Source: Eledone cirrhosa
Lineage: Eukaryota
Assembly: GCA_964016885.1 (NCBI GenBank)
Contig: OZ024757.1
Location: 23,994,001-24,058,000 of the forward strand
Length of the DNA stretch: 64,000 bases
Reading direction: 5' to 3'
Part shown: piece after piece, positions 19,236 through 33,033 of the stretch
Layout of the letters: every line of letters starts with the position of its first letter
Position numbering within the stretch: the stretch's first letter is position 1
Translations under genes and position numbers: made by a program
Notes under the pieces: generated by a model
What the model saw: only the letters and a program-made list of their open reading frames with translations
What the model was told of the DNA's origin: nothing
The model's database searches: none

Positions 19236-19463
19236 CATACATGATTCTTCCCGGTTTCTCTTTGTTTCTTTCTCTCTCTCCCCCGTCTCTCTCTCCCTCT
19301 CTCTCTCCCCCGTCTCTCTATCCCTCTCTCTCTCCCTCTCCTCCTCCTCTCTCTCCCTCTCCTCCCCCCTCTCTCTCCCTCTCCCTCTTTCTCTCTCTCA
19401 CTTTCTATCCCTCTACTTCTTTCTGTCTCCCCTTCCCCCTTTCTCTCTCTCTCTCTGCACCTC

Positions 19464-19494
<31 letters not shown>

Positions 19495-19495
19495 G

Positions 19496-19587
<92 letters not shown>

Positions 19588-20175
19588 GTATAAACATATA
19601 TACACACACGTCTTTCCACCAGACCATACTATACCAGACCAGGCCAAAGTCGTCTTGAAACTATTGTTGTCAACGTACACGCACACACACACACACTGAC
19701 ACGAACACCTACACACACATATACACAAACACATACACAGCCACACGTAAACACACACGCAGATACACACATTACGCACATATACACAAACACGTACACA
19801 CTCACCCAGATGCACGTATACACGCCTGCGTAGATACACACACATAAACACACACATATAGACGGTCACCTACTTTAAATAAAGACAAATATACAGACAG
19901 TTTCAAAAGGACATTCAGACACACATATATACACATAAATACCCATACACACATGCACACAAGCACCTGTAATCTCAAATATGCAAACATATTACACACA
20001 AGCACATGTACACAGAGATAAACACACTTGCATGTGTGCATATCTAAATCTACATTAAATCTATACACCACCACAAATTATGAATGAACTTATGTATGTA
20101 TGTTTGTATGTATGTATGCATGTAATTCTGCATGCATGTATGTAAGAATGCATGCATATATCTATGTATGTATGC

Positions 20176-20242
<67 letters not shown>

Positions 20243-20322
20243 AGTCTCTATGTAACTATATATGTATGTATTTTGTGTTTGTTTATATTCTGGCTGATTG
20301 ATACAACTTAACTAAACAGGAA

Positions 20323-20522
20323 NNNNNNNNNNNNNNNNNNNNNNNNNNNNNNNNNNNNNNNNNNNNNNNNNNNNNNNNNNNNNNNNNNNNNNNNNNNNNN
20401 NNNNNNNNNNNNNNNNNNNNNNNNNNNNNNNNNNNNNNNNNNNNNNNNNNNNNNNNNNNNNNNNNNNNNNNNNNNNNNNNNNNNNNNNNNNNNNNNNNNN
20501 NNNNNNNNNNNNNNNNNNNNNN
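20323..20522. other. Assembly gap (200 N)
   Basis: Run of n. Confidence 1.
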
Positions 20523-21358
20523 CAAAGGTGTTTTCCATTGTTGTGAACAAATCCTCCATTTGTATAAAACAATGTTTCACTCCTCCCATTTCCCCTTCTA
20601 CATATATGTGTGACGGACAGACAGACAGAAACAGCTTTTCCTTTATAATATGGACAGATGGATTGTTCAATAATATTCAAACTGTTAATCTTCACCGAGA
20701 AAGTCAGTTTAACCCTTTAGCATTTACATTTCTGTATTTACTAATGTATTTTCACGATAAACACTTTATTTATTTCACATAATACCGAATCTACGAAATG
20801 TTGACATTATTTATTGTGAGAACAATACCTTAACATAAGTATGAGTGGTCGATTATGGCCAATTTGAACAGAAGGAGGTGAGAGAATTCTGGTCTGACAC
20901 AGCCGGTTGAAATGCTAAAGGGCTAAACATTATTTGAACAATTTATGAAGGTATATACATGATTAAAAAATAGTTTTACCGGCAGCGTAGCGACCGGTTT
21001 TTACAAGTAAATATTAAAGAAATAACACTCATATATAGATAGAGATATAGATATATAGATATAAATATAGATATAAATGTGTATATAGATATTTATATGT
21101 ATATATATATATTGAAAACAGTTTTATTGCCATTTTTGTTTTTGTTCCTTACAATTCAGCTAGAAAAAACCTAGAAGAGAAGAGCAATTCAAGATTTATA
21201 AGATAGGCACAAATGTGTGAAGGGGGCGGGGAGAATAATCGATTAAATCGATCCCCAGTACATGACTGGTACTTTATTTTATTGGCCCACGGAAGGAGAA
21301 AGGCAAAAGTCGACCTTGGCGGAATTTGAACATAAAGAGACGCTACTAAACACCACAA

Positions 21359-21412
<54 letters not shown>

Positions 21413-21582
21413 ATTTGTTCTTTTGTCTCCGCCCCTTTATCAATAATAGCAATGTACCCGCCTCTTCCTTATCAATCAGAGATAAAAGAATTATGCGCAC
21501 TAAACTGTCGGAAAATCTAATCCCATCTTCCCAATAAACATTCAGATACGTTTTGATTATATTTTTTATGTTTTGAATTATG

Positions 21583-21633
<51 letters not shown>

Positions 21634-22138
21634 TTTCTAGTATAGGCGCAAGGCCAGTAATTTTGGGGGAGGGGAAAGTCGATTAAATCGACTCCAGTAC
21701 GTTACTGGTGCTTTATTTTATCGACCCCGTAAGGATGAAAGGCAAAGTTAACCTCGGCGGGATTTGAACTCAGAACGTAAAGAGACGCAACTATATGCTG
21801 CAAAGCATGTGTCCGACTCTCTACCGATACTGTCTATCCATCGCCATTCACAATAATAATGGTAATAATAATAATAATAATAATAATATAAGAACCTTTT
21901 CCAAAACTTCTTTTTATGTTTTATCTTCAATATATATATATATAATATAATATAAATAATTTCTCAATACAAATGCATGCTAGCTAAGGTTTCGAACTCC
22001 ACCGGGCATAGGACAGAAACATTCTATGTCAATGTCCTATATTAGTTGGCATTTGAAACCTTCGGTAGCAGCCATTTGTGCTCAGAACTTATTTATATAA
22101 CAAACATTGACTTTGTACATGATGTACTGCACACATGG

Positions 22139-22190
<52 letters not shown>

Positions 22191-22537
22191 CTATGCCAAA
22201 AATAGGAACAACTATATGTATATATATATATATATTGAACGATAATACAGGGATTTTTCTATTGTAAAATATGGGGTGATGGGAGTATTAAAATCAGTCA
22301 CAATGTGGGCAACTAGGACCCACACCGACCGAAAATTGGTTGCGATATCTACGAAATTGTCTAGATCCCTAGCCCAGCAACCATTTTTGTTTTGTTTTGT
22401 TTTTGTTTTTTGTTATATTTGGGAGAGGTGGAGGGGGTGGGGGCCAGTTAGTAGAAATAAAAAGCGAAAGCAGTTGAGAGTATTTAATATTAATGCAGCT
22501 TTGCTGTAAAATATGTTGTGTTAAAGAATGAATGAAA

Positions 22538-22577
<40 letters not shown>

Positions 22578-22726
22578 CATTTATGCATATATATATATAT
22601 ATATATAAAATTTATGCATATATATATATATATATAAAATTTATGCATATATATATATATATATAAAATTTATGCATATATATATATATATAAAATTTAT
22701 GCATATATATATATATATATAATTTA

Positions 22727-22770
<44 letters not shown>

Positions 22771-23110
22771 ATGCATATATATATATATATATATATAAAA
22801 TGTATGCATATATATATATATATATATATATGCATAAATTTTATATATATATATATATGCATAAATTTTATATATATATATATATAAAAAATGTATGCAT
22901 ATATATATATATATATATAAAATTTATGCATATATATATATATATAAAATTTATGCATATATATATATATAAAATGTATGCATATATATATACACACCCA
23001 CATACACACGCACACATATATACGTTTGTGGTTTGTGTGTGTGTATATGAGGATTATATGTTTGATATACTTCCTTAATTATGTAATACTTTAGGGAACG
23101 GTGTGAAAAT

Positions 23111-23173
<63 letters not shown>

Positions 23174-23370
23174 CAGAAAAATATAAAAAAACAAAGTGTT
23201 AGTGTAAAATATTATAGTATCCCTCAACTGAAATTATTAATGTTATTGTTGTTATTAATGGGGAAGTAACTCTTCAAGTAAAAAAATCGTGATGTCTTCT
23301 GTGAGTTCTGAGAAAGAGGCAAACGGTCTTCATGGCCAAACCTTCCTCTAGCAAAACAAAGATCCTTTTT

Positions 23371-23406
23371 TTAACCGGAGTATTTGACGTGGAGTAGGGC
23401 TCTCTC
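23371..23406 (-). CDS. IF gene terminal coding exon 11
   Basis: cttttcag|GAG AGA GCC CTA CTC CAC GTC AAA TAC TCC GGT TAA = ERALLHVKYSG*; completes LTD (E.A), no CaaX. Confidence 0.8.
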   Translation of the reverse strand, partial: ERALLHVKYSG

Positions 23407-23431
23407 CTGAAAAGATAAAAATAGAAATAAT

Positions 23432-23592
23432 TATATGAATTTAAATAATTTTGAAAACCATACAATGCATTAGAAAATTAAAGGTGCCAAGATAATAGTA
23501 GCTTACCTTGCAAAGGTAAGATTCTATTGTTATCTTGGCACCTTTAATTTTCTAATGCATTGTATGGTTTTTAAAATTGTTTAAATTTATAT
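23432..23592. repeat. Imperfect inverted repeat (~75-bp arms)
   Basis: aaaaccatacaatgcattagaaaattaaaggtgccaagataa / ttatcttggcacctttaattttctaatgcattgtatggtttt. Confidence 0.9.
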
Positions 23593-24858
23593 TTCCTATT
23601 CAACAATCCTTCAAGCAAACTACAACTCTGTTTAAAATAATTATTTTATAATTTAAAGCTTGTGAACTTGAAAGAAGCATGACTTTTTGTTTTTACTTTG
23701 AAAAATAGTCTCATAAGTTGAGCATATAAGCCCTGATAGCGGAAAAAATTTGTTTAGCAACACCCGTAGGACTCGAGCCCAAACCTGCAATATACCGTTA
23801 AGCCATGCTTATTTACACCAAAGCGTCACCGACGAAATCTTTTGTTATTTTAAGCCTTATATTACAAGGAATCAATGTAAACAATCTATTTTTAGAATTG
23901 GCGAGTGATAGGAAATTTAGGAATTTGAAAGAAACACCGTTGTTTGGCTAAGAAAAATAGTCAAAGTTGCACATATAAATCCCGAAGACAGGAAAGGCGG
24001 TACTGTACAAAATGTTTTCCATTTTCGGGGTTTATAAGCCCAACTTATAAGACTAGTGTTCATAGTCAAATAACGTTGGGGCTGTTTTCGAATTTTCAAA
24101 CTTCCTATCGCTCAACGATTCTAAAAATAGATTGATAAAATGTAAAATATAAAAAGAAAATGGGATTCCTTTGAATGGTCTTCGGGGTAACGTTACTCGA
24201 TAAAATGCGTAACCCGGAGACCAGAGACCCACACCAGGTAGAAGCCGTTACTTCTTCGAATTGAGAAATCACTGGTCTGATACTATAGGCATGTGGTTAG
24301 AATGTCTCAGGAAAGAATCGCTGGACAGATTTTACTGGCAAATCCAAATGACAGGAGATCCAGGGATACACCCCAAGCAAGATGGTTGAATAACATCCAT
24401 GAGCTTGGCTAGTCACGCTTGCGGATTTAGCCGGATCAGTTGGAGACAGTTGCTTCTGAAAGGACCCGTTGGAGGGAGTGTTTGAGGGCTATTTACCCCC
24501 ACGACCCTCTCAGGAATAAGTGTACGAAGAAGAAGAAGAAGAAGCTATTCCCTGTATGTCCCTTTATTCTTTGTATCATCATCATCATCGTTGTCTTCAT
24601 CATAAATGTTTGTTGACTTCCGCACGGTGGGCCTTGGAGACTGATCTCTGAACTCTGATCTCGATTAGGAGAACGACAACATTCTGAAACCAACTAATAA
24701 GCATGAAAAAGACCAACATAATCATCGTCCGTCCGTTTTCCCTACGAGCAAGGTTTTCATTCGTTTTGGGTGCTTTTGGTTGCTTCTTCTATTATGGGTA
24801 CAACTATATACGCACACGTATATATAGGTATGTATGTGTAAATATATATATACATATA

Positions 24859-25122
24859 TATATGAAATATAAGAATCAAAGAACTGTTCAAAACATTATT
24901 GTGCTTACAGCTGTTTCCTCCAAACCGAGGTTTGGATTCTTCGGAGCAGTTTATTAATGCATGGACAGTTATATGACCTCGTTTTCAGCCGGCTGAAAAC
25001 GAGGTCATATAACTGTCCATGCATTAATAAACTGCTCCGAAGAATCCAAACCTCGGTTTGGAGGAAACAGCTGTAAGCACAATAATGTTTTGAACAGTTC
25101 TTTGATTCTTATATTTCATATA
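24859..25122. mobile_element. Spacerless palindrome family D with variant-core HHR
   Basis: Centre 24990/24991; + strand 25033-25079 TGCT-CCGAAGA-ATCCAAACC/GGTTTGGAG-GAAAC[AGCT]GTA^-AGCA, mirrored on - at 24902-24948. Confidence 0.78.
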
Positions 25123-25295
25123 ACTGCTCTGTAAATCATCTGATGTTTTTACATTGAGCTACTTAACTTACTGGTAATAAGGTAGTAATACATTACTGCC
25201 TACCACTATTTAGGGTGTGTGTAAAATACTTATAACTGCATAAGGTTTTGTATTTACATAACCATAAATAGTATAACTAATACATATATATATAC

Positions 25296-25352
<57 letters not shown>

Positions 25353-25362
25353 TATATAGTGA

Positions 25363-25550
25363 AGGCGTGTGGCTGAGTAGTTAGAGAATTGGATTCGCAA
25401 TCGTAAGGTTGTGAGTTCGATTCCTGGACCAGGTGATGCGTTATGTCCTTGAGCAAGACACTTTATTTCACGTTGCTCCTTCTACCTGGAGTTGGAAAGA
25501 CCAACGGAAACATTGTTCCCTCGGTCCGATTTGACGAAAGTCGATCGTTT
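25363..25550 (+). mobile_element. tRNA-derived SINE family 2 (others ~6365, 33420-, 38455, 47820-, 48180-, 62310)
   Basis: tggctgagtagtt A box, gagttcgattcc B box, followed by gtccttgagcaagacactttatttcacgttgctcc. Confidence 0.82.
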
Positions 25551-25593
25551 AAAGATATATATACACGTGCGCGCGCACACATATACATACATG

Positions 25594-25624
<31 letters not shown>

Positions 25625-25719
25625 GTTGATTAAATGTAGTTAAAATAGGCTTGCTTACTTGACCATATTGCTTTAATGCATGATACATAATTCTGTGACA
25701 TGGTTATGCATGTGACTTT

Positions 25720-25985
25720 ATCAGACGTTGATACAATCATCAGGGCCTATGGTGGTGAGTAAGGAGGTAGCCCTGGGGCCGAGGACACCAGAAGTCTCTA
25801 CTGCCAGGGGAACGACCGCAAACCTGTCGGAGAGCGACCGGTATTTGAGGAGTTTGGCCCCCTCAGCCCGACGTGTAGCAGAACCTGGCGTCTCCCTTGC
25901 CGTCCTCCGGGGAAACGCCTTCTCCATTCTGTCCGCCGGGGCTGTGGGTGGGCCCCATCGCGTACCAATACATTAGTTAAATACC
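25720..25985. mobile_element. CRE/SLACS-like RLE 3' fragment with internal inversion; related fragments at 49090-49325 and 49360-49700
   Basis: KY..VVPLAVETSGVLGP on -, SLAVLRGNAFSIL on +; LFQRISFTILRGSAFSIL at 49718->49494. Confidence 0.65.
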
Positions 25986-26581
25986 ATTCTTTCATCTGAT
26001 ATATCTCTAAATTATATTTTGTACAACAAATACCTAAAGATTTCATACAACAGAAAGTTTTATGAATGCGTGCGCGGGCGTCGATGTATGGAAAGTTCTA
26101 TGTATCATCAGGTGCAGTTATGCAATCATGGAGATATGTCGTTTCTCATGTATTACCTTCCTGTTTTGATGCCAGCATATATACATACAAGAAATTTACT
26201 GATTGGATTAAACTTTGAACTGTCTATTACCTTCTTGTTGCTGACTATGAAATTATATTCAGCTTTGTTTCTTCTTGGCCATGTATATTGTTGTATTCTC
26301 ACCTTATTTGAACTTGAAGATCCCGTTAAGGGTGAAAGCAGCGATTCTTTGCTTAAACTTTAATCTGTTATTTTAATAAATATTTGCTCTAGGGTTCTTA
26401 TATATTTGATTTATATTTATCCTTATCGAGCTCACTTTGGATTTTAGTCTTTACATTTATTATTATTACTATATATATATATAGGAAACGAAGTTGAAAA
26501 TGCAAATGGAGACTTTAAGAAGATATATTTACAATAACTTTAACGGTTTCGCAGTTGCATGATTTTCAAAAGTTACGCGAG

Positions 26582-26622
<41 letters not shown>

Positions 26623-26663
26623 CATATATGGACAAATTAGGGAGATAAATTACTATACATTAC

Positions 26664-26777
26664 CCTGTCAGTGTCGTCTTTCAGTGTGATCTTAGATGCA
26701 ACGTTCAATGGACCCCATTCAATAACAGAACCAGAAACGAGTCCATCCTTCGTGTTGCCATATTTTGAGCCCCAAAC
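26664..26777 (-). CDS. IF gene exon 10 (lamin-tail domain; absent from ORF track)
   Basis: attcag|GTT...AGG|gtaatg; VWGSKYGNTKDGLVSGSVIEWGPLNVASKITLKDDTDR (VW...WG LTD motifs); 114 nt. Confidence 0.88.
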
Positions 26778-26989
26778 CTGAATTTTAAAATGAAATCGTT
26801 CAGAATAATTGTCACCTTGTCAAAGACAAATAATGAATACAAGAGGAATAAGGAAGAGTAACCACTGAAATTGGTCATATGATGTCATGGAATGGGCAGA
26901 AGGAAAGAAAGGGGAAATCGTGAGTTTGGCCGATGATCATGAATGTTGAAGGGAGGACAATTTATTTCTTCAGCGTATATCGTACTTAT

Positions 26990-27965
26990 CAAACGCACCT
27001 ACTACTTAACAGACATTTCTGCTTCTTACTAGGCACGTCCAGGTCTTATTAGACACGCCTACGTCTTATTACGCACGCCTACTTGTTACTAGACAGGCTT
27101 ATTACTTACACGACACGCCTACGTCTTACTAGGCATGCCATCTTGTTACTAGGCACGCCAACTTGTTACTAGAGGTGCCTACATCATATTAGGCACGGCC
27201 ACTACTTACTAGATACATCACCGGCTAACTAAGAACACCTAGCTACATACTAGCTCCACCTATACGTTACTAGGGGTACCAACTACATATTAGACTCAAC
27301 CACAACTTGCTTGAGTTGCTAACTAGATATTAGACACATCCGATCCGCAGCTTACTCAGGGCAGCCACTACATTCTAGACACACCCACCGTTTACTAGGG
27401 TACTAACCAGATTTTAGACACATTCATTGACTTACTAGGAGTACCAAAGTGATATTAGACACACCTTCAGCGAACTTGGATTACCAACATCATACTTGAC
27501 ACACCCACGACTTACTAGGATCACCTAATAAATATTAGACACACCTCAACTTACTAATGGTACCAACTAGATATTAGACACACCCACAACTTACTAAGAG
27601 TAGCAACTAGACTTTAGACATACCCACAACTTACTAGGGTGCCAACTAGATTTTAGACACACCCTCTGCTTACTAGAAGCACCATCTTTATATTAGACAA
27701 GCCCATGACTTACAAGGGGTACACCCACCATTTATCTAGATAAACCCACGGCTTACTAGAAGTACCAACTGGGTACTATACAAACACACAGCTGTCTAGG
27801 AGTAACAACTACATACTAAATACGCCCTCTCCTTACTAGAAGCACCAACTAGATATTAGACACACCCACTGCTTACTAGGGGTACATCCTCTAGATAGCT
27901 AGATACACCCACTGCTCACTAGGGGTACAACCATTATTTAGCTAGACAAGCCCAAAGTTTACCTA
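26990..27965. repeat. Degenerate 20-bp / ~40-bp dimeric minisatellite
   Basis: acttgttactaggcacgcct units grading into cacacccacaacttactagg..gtaccaactagatattaga. Confidence 0.85.
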
Positions 27966-28049
27966 GTCCAGGGACTTTGATAAATTAGTTATTATTAAGA
28001 TCAAGATATGTTTTATATGTGCCTCTTTCACTCCAGGCAGAGCTGCTAC

Positions 28050-28492
28050 TTCTCCGAATTGAGAGATCACAGCTCTGATGCTATGGACATGTGGTTAGAA
28101 TGTCTCAGGAAAGAATCGCTGGACAGATTTTACGGGCAAAACCAATCGGCAAGAGACCCAGGGGTAGACCCCGAACAAGATGGTTGGATAATATCAATGA
28201 GCTTGGCTGGTCACGCTTGGGGATCCAGCCGGATCAGTTGCAGACGGTTGCTTCTGACAGGAGTCTGCCTCTCCCCCCGCCCGCCACGACCCACACAGGA
28301 AGGAAGTGGGGTTGTGGGTCCCACGCCCCATCCTCCCCCCTTTTCAACGCAGGCATCTCGGGTAAAACGAGAAATTTAAAAGGGATACCAGAAAGGGTCT
28401 GACAGGGCCCACTGGAAGGTTTGTGCGAGGACTCTTCCCCCTTCGACCCTCTCATGAATAAATGGCCGAAGAAGAAGAAGAAGAAGAAGAGA
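28050..28492 (+). mobile_element. RTE-like LINE 3' fragment; second copy at 24255-24545
   Basis: GHVVRMSQERIAGQIL..GKRPRGRPRTRWLD..DR; both copies end in (GAA)n. Confidence 0.75.
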
Positions 28493-28555
28493 AGCCTTTT
28501 ACAGCTGTTTTGGTATGTAAGGGGTTAAACAACATGATTGATGTGGTTATCTTAC

Positions 28556-28669
28556 CTTGATTTCTTTGTCTGTGGCAAATACGTTGTTCTCTTTGAAGAC
28601 ATGAGTAAGGGAAGCACGACCATCGTCAAATACACGGATCAATTTCCAGTTTTTCAGGTTGGTTGCGGG
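28556..28669 (-). CDS. IF gene exon 9 (lamin-tail domain; absent from ORF track)
   Basis: ttgtag|CCC...AAG|gtaaga; PATNLKNWKLIRVFDDGRASLTHVFKENNVFATDKEIK (LxxWxLxR LTD motif); 114 nt. Confidence 0.88.
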
Positions 28670-30699
28670 CTACAATATATATTTATATATAGAGAGAGAT
28701 AGAGATAGATATATTTCTTTATTAGCCACAAGGGCGCACAAGAAAAGGGGACAATACAAAGACATGCCGGGGATTTTACATACAGTCGTGTAAAAAACAA
28801 ACAATTACAACAATCGAAATCCCCAATAGGGGGGAAGCGCCACAAATGGGTTGTTTAATACCCCGTCGATAGAACAACCCTCAACTGCAGGAGCGTGTTG
28901 TGCAAGTGCTCCCTTCTTCCTTTTGCTCTCTTCTTCAACCTACAGGCTTATAAACAGAGAAGGACCAATCACTCGGGCCATTTTCGCTTCATTCACCCAA
29001 CTTTCAGTAAATTTACTGGGGTGCAGTGCCTCTTTCTCCACCCTGATTCTCCTTCTAAAGTGATACTTAAAGAAGGGAATCAATTGTTGTCCGGAGAGAA
29101 AGGCATCTGTCCTCAGTCCTCTCAACCTCGTCCACCATATAACTTCTTTCACCATAGATAGAGAGATAGATAGATAGATAGATAGATAGAGATAGATAGA
29201 TAGATAGATAGATATAGATAGATATATAGAGAGAAGGATATAGATAGATATATACAGATATATTAATATATTTGAAAGATATTTAGAATGTTTTGCAGTG
29301 TATTGATTTTTAAAGCACACACGCACACATACATGGATAGTATACACATACATACATATATACCAGTGGTGAAGGGTAACCGGGAAAGCAGGGCATGCAA
29401 TCCAATCGCCATGGCGGAAAGTGGGGTTGTGCAGGCTTACCCCCCCCCCCCCCAAAAAAAAAATTTCCCTCTAAATTACCCTCCCGGGTCAAAGCCGCAT
29501 GTAATATTACCTAGTTTGTGTGTGTGTGTGTGTGTGTTATCTCTTTATGTGTCTACGATTTAGTAAGCAGCCAAAATTCTGCTTGCTTCAACCGACGCAA
29601 TTGATCAACTCAAGATTCTATAATGCATGCACTGCATGCGTTGCATGCACGGACCCTTCGCCCCTGATACATGTATCCATACATATATACATACATACAC
29701 ACATGATGGCTGCAAACTCTGTTAAGAGTACTGCAACCGCTTGTCAGATTACGGAAAATGCATACATACACAGCTCCCTAATTCATAGTCTACAAATGGC
29801 TGTGATAGCTAGCACCTTCAAAATTTGCAAAACATTCTTGCGATTCAAGGGGTGATAATTTCTTTTCTTTTACAACCTTGCCACCAGGAAGGTGGCCGGT
29901 CAAAAAATATACTCGAAATTAAGAGAAAGAGATAACATACATACATACAAATCTTGAGAAGCTAGGCTTCACAGGAACAGAAAGAACACAACTAGTTAGG
30001 AAATTACAAGTACAATCCATTAATGGAACAGTAAAAATATGTAAAACATATGTAAAACAGATACAAAGCATATACACATGCACACATACAACTCAAAACA
30101 TACACATCCACACATACAATAACATACATATCTACACATGCATGCATACATAATCTAGCTAGTTGATGTGTAAATTCCAATAAGAGAGTCTTGTAACCAT
30201 GTTAGAAACCGACTCTCTCTTTATTGGTAAAGATTTGTGAAATTATAAAACCAGAAGAACATACATACATGTATCCTTACATACATACATACATACATAC
30301 AAACACACATGATGGCTGCTATCTCTGCTAAGAGTACTGCAATCGCTTGTCAGATCACGGAAAATGGTGCACTTTTAGGCTACGGCCAGCCACACGGAAC
30401 ATGTAACATATCCTGAACAAGCAATGCCTGTGCTTTGAAGGTTTTTTAAGTGGAGAAAGACCTTGCACTCGACCAATCCCACTCTCCGAGCATCGAAAAA
30501 ACAACCCGAAAAGGAGAACTGGTCAACATCATCGGATGCTTCCGAAGCCGCAGGGTTTTTTTTTTTTTTCAGAGTTTCCCTCTCCTACAAAGGTGCTGTG
30601 ATAACAATTGAGGGCCCTTTCACTCCCAGGTGAAAAAAAACAAAACTATTTCGATGGCCGTTGACTCTGCTGAGTCCCTCCGCGGAAGATCCTATTCAA

Positions 30700-31610
30700 T
30701 GTTCAAACAAGAAAAAAAAATTGACCAATTTACAGAGAAAGTTGTGCATGGATACTTGAGGCGTAAAACACAGACCATAGAGGGGATAAACCACTCAAAA
30801 AGCCTGGCATGGAGTTCCGACAAGTTTATGACATCACACCTTGAGGGATATCTCTATGCAATACAGGAACAAGAACTCCCTACCAAATATCTGCTGCACA
30901 AAAGAGGAGGGCCAGCAGCTGACAATAAATGTAGGCTATGTAAAACAAAGATCGAGGATGTAAGCCACATTGTTGCCAGCTGCGAAAGAATGTCATCTCG
31001 CTACTACCTCCCCATGAGACACGATGGGATAGCTAGAACTATCTGGAACGCACTTCGGAAAACAAAATTAACAACAAACGAGGAAGAATATATTGAGACA
31101 GATGGCACTAAGGAATACTGGTGGAACCTGAAAATAAAAACTGCCACCAAATTAAAGCACAACCGGCCTGATATTGTAGTTTGGGACCACACATTGAAAA
31201 CGTGTTCTGTTGTGGAGGTCAGCTGCCCACTTGATGTAAACGTTGTCAGAAAAATACAGGAGAAGGAGGACATCTACGGACCATTGATGAGGAGCTTACA
31301 AATCCAGTATCCAAGATACACCTTTAGCTTCATACCCATCATTATTGGTGCTACGGGTTATATACCAACCCGCTTGGACCAAAGTATGACCGAACTTGGA
31401 TTTGCGGACAAAAAGCGCAGCTCCCTAATTCATAGTCTACAAATGGCTGCGATAGCTGGCACCTTCAAAATATGCAAAACATTCTTGCGATTCAAGGGAT
31501 GACAATTTCTTTTCTTTTACAACCTTGCCACCAGGAAGGTGGCCGGTCAAAAAAATATACTCGAAATTAAGAGAAAGAGAAAATATACATACATACATAC
31601 ATACATACAT
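30700..31610 (+). mobile_element. RLE-type (R4-like) non-LTR retrotransposon 3' part: CCHC knuckle plus REL endonuclease; second 3' end at 29770-29950
   Basis: IQEQELPTK..CRLCKTKIEDVSHIVASC..RHD..KHNRPDIVVWD..VVEVSCPLD..GATG; ends in (TACA)n. Confidence 0.9.
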
Positions 31611-32065
31611 AGTCCGGCTAGGCACTTTCCTGTTGCCAGCAGTACCATGCATCGCAAAAATCTCACATATCAAGTGATGCCTGTGCTTGAAACTTTTTTA
31701 AGTGAGGAAAGGCTTCACACGGGGCCAATCCCATTCTCTGATCATCGAATGCAGTTGCCCCCAAAGAAGAACTTGTCTATATCATTGGATACAAACGAAC
31801 TCTCAGGTTTTATATCAGAGTGACCTTCACCTAGAGAGATGTCTTAATGAAGACTGGGAGTCTCTCGATCCACAATAAACATACATATATGCATACATGC
31901 ATAAGCCACCACAACGCAGATTAACTACAAAATAGTCGACTTTTTGAGTAAACAACCCCGGAGACGGAAAGAAAAAATGGACAGAACCGCCTGCAGGAAT
32001 CGCACCAGTTATCTGCCGATACCATTACATACACAATAGTATATAGAGTAATTGTAAACACTTAC

Positions 32066-32169
32066 CCTTCCTGCCTTTGTGGTGTCATTCAGTTGGACAT
32101 ATTTACCGTTTGGCTCTACTTCTGCGATCGAAATGTTTCCGCTGGCAGTTCGGTTGATGGTGATTTTGC
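32066..32169 (-). CDS. IF gene exon 8 (start of lamin-tail domain)
   Basis: cacaag|GC AAA...AGG|gtaagt; KITINRTASGNISIAEVEPNGKYVQLND resembles LTD start (GxIxIxExxxxGKYV); acceptor slightly atypical. Confidence 0.85.
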
Positions 32170-32344
32170 CTTGTGATCGATAGAATACATACAGAGATAT
32201 TATAGGTAGGGACACACACATAAATACTGTACCTTTTAATGAAGGACCAATGTCCGAAACTTTAAGACTCTTTTCCTACTCTATCAAGTGTTAAACTAAT
32301 ATATATCCTGATTGTACTATATCGTGTCCTTGTGTTTCTTATTC

Positions 32345-32414
<70 letters not shown>

Positions 32415-32421
<7 letters not shown>

Positions 32422-32819
32422 TTCAAAATATTAACAAAATAGATATTCTTGTGATCAATTATATTTTATTATACATATTTCAGAGGTACTGAGTTAAGTT
32501 CAACAGTACGTCCTCATCAGATAAAATAAAATGATACATGACATACCTTGACATGGTAGATGGTTAAGATTGAATCTTAACCATCTACCATGTCAGGGTA
32601 TGTCATGCATCATCTTATTTTATCCGATGAGGACGTACTGTTGAACTGAACTCAGTACCTCTGAAATATGTATAATAAAATATAATTGATCACAAGAATA
32701 TCTATTTTGTTAATATTTTGAATTAATATTAATAACTCTGGAAAAATTTAACTATTGAGTGCTTCCAATCTATTGTAAAACTCATTCTTTGATGTATTCA
32801 TTGAACCTTGTTTAACTCT

Positions 32820-32823
<4 letters not shown>
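32415..32823. mobile_element. HHR palindromic element family B (centre 32572, plus tail)
   Basis: HHR on - at 32464-32526 (CTGATGA) and on + at 32618-32680 (CCGATGA); stem II GTACTG/CAGTAC; GAAA-T[ATGT]A-TA^-ATAAAA. Confidence 0.85.
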
Positions 32824-32870
<47 letters not shown>

Positions 32871-32938
32871 GTAACACTTTAAAGTTTAAGCTTAAACTTT
32901 AATCTGTTATTTTAATAAATATTTGCTCTATGCCTACG

Positions 32939-33033
<95 letters not shown>

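Noticed and set aside
23274-23465. ORF-track frame (REPYSTSNTP...) as last exon
   Set aside because: Exon 10 ends in phase 0, which gives ERALLHVKYSG* instead
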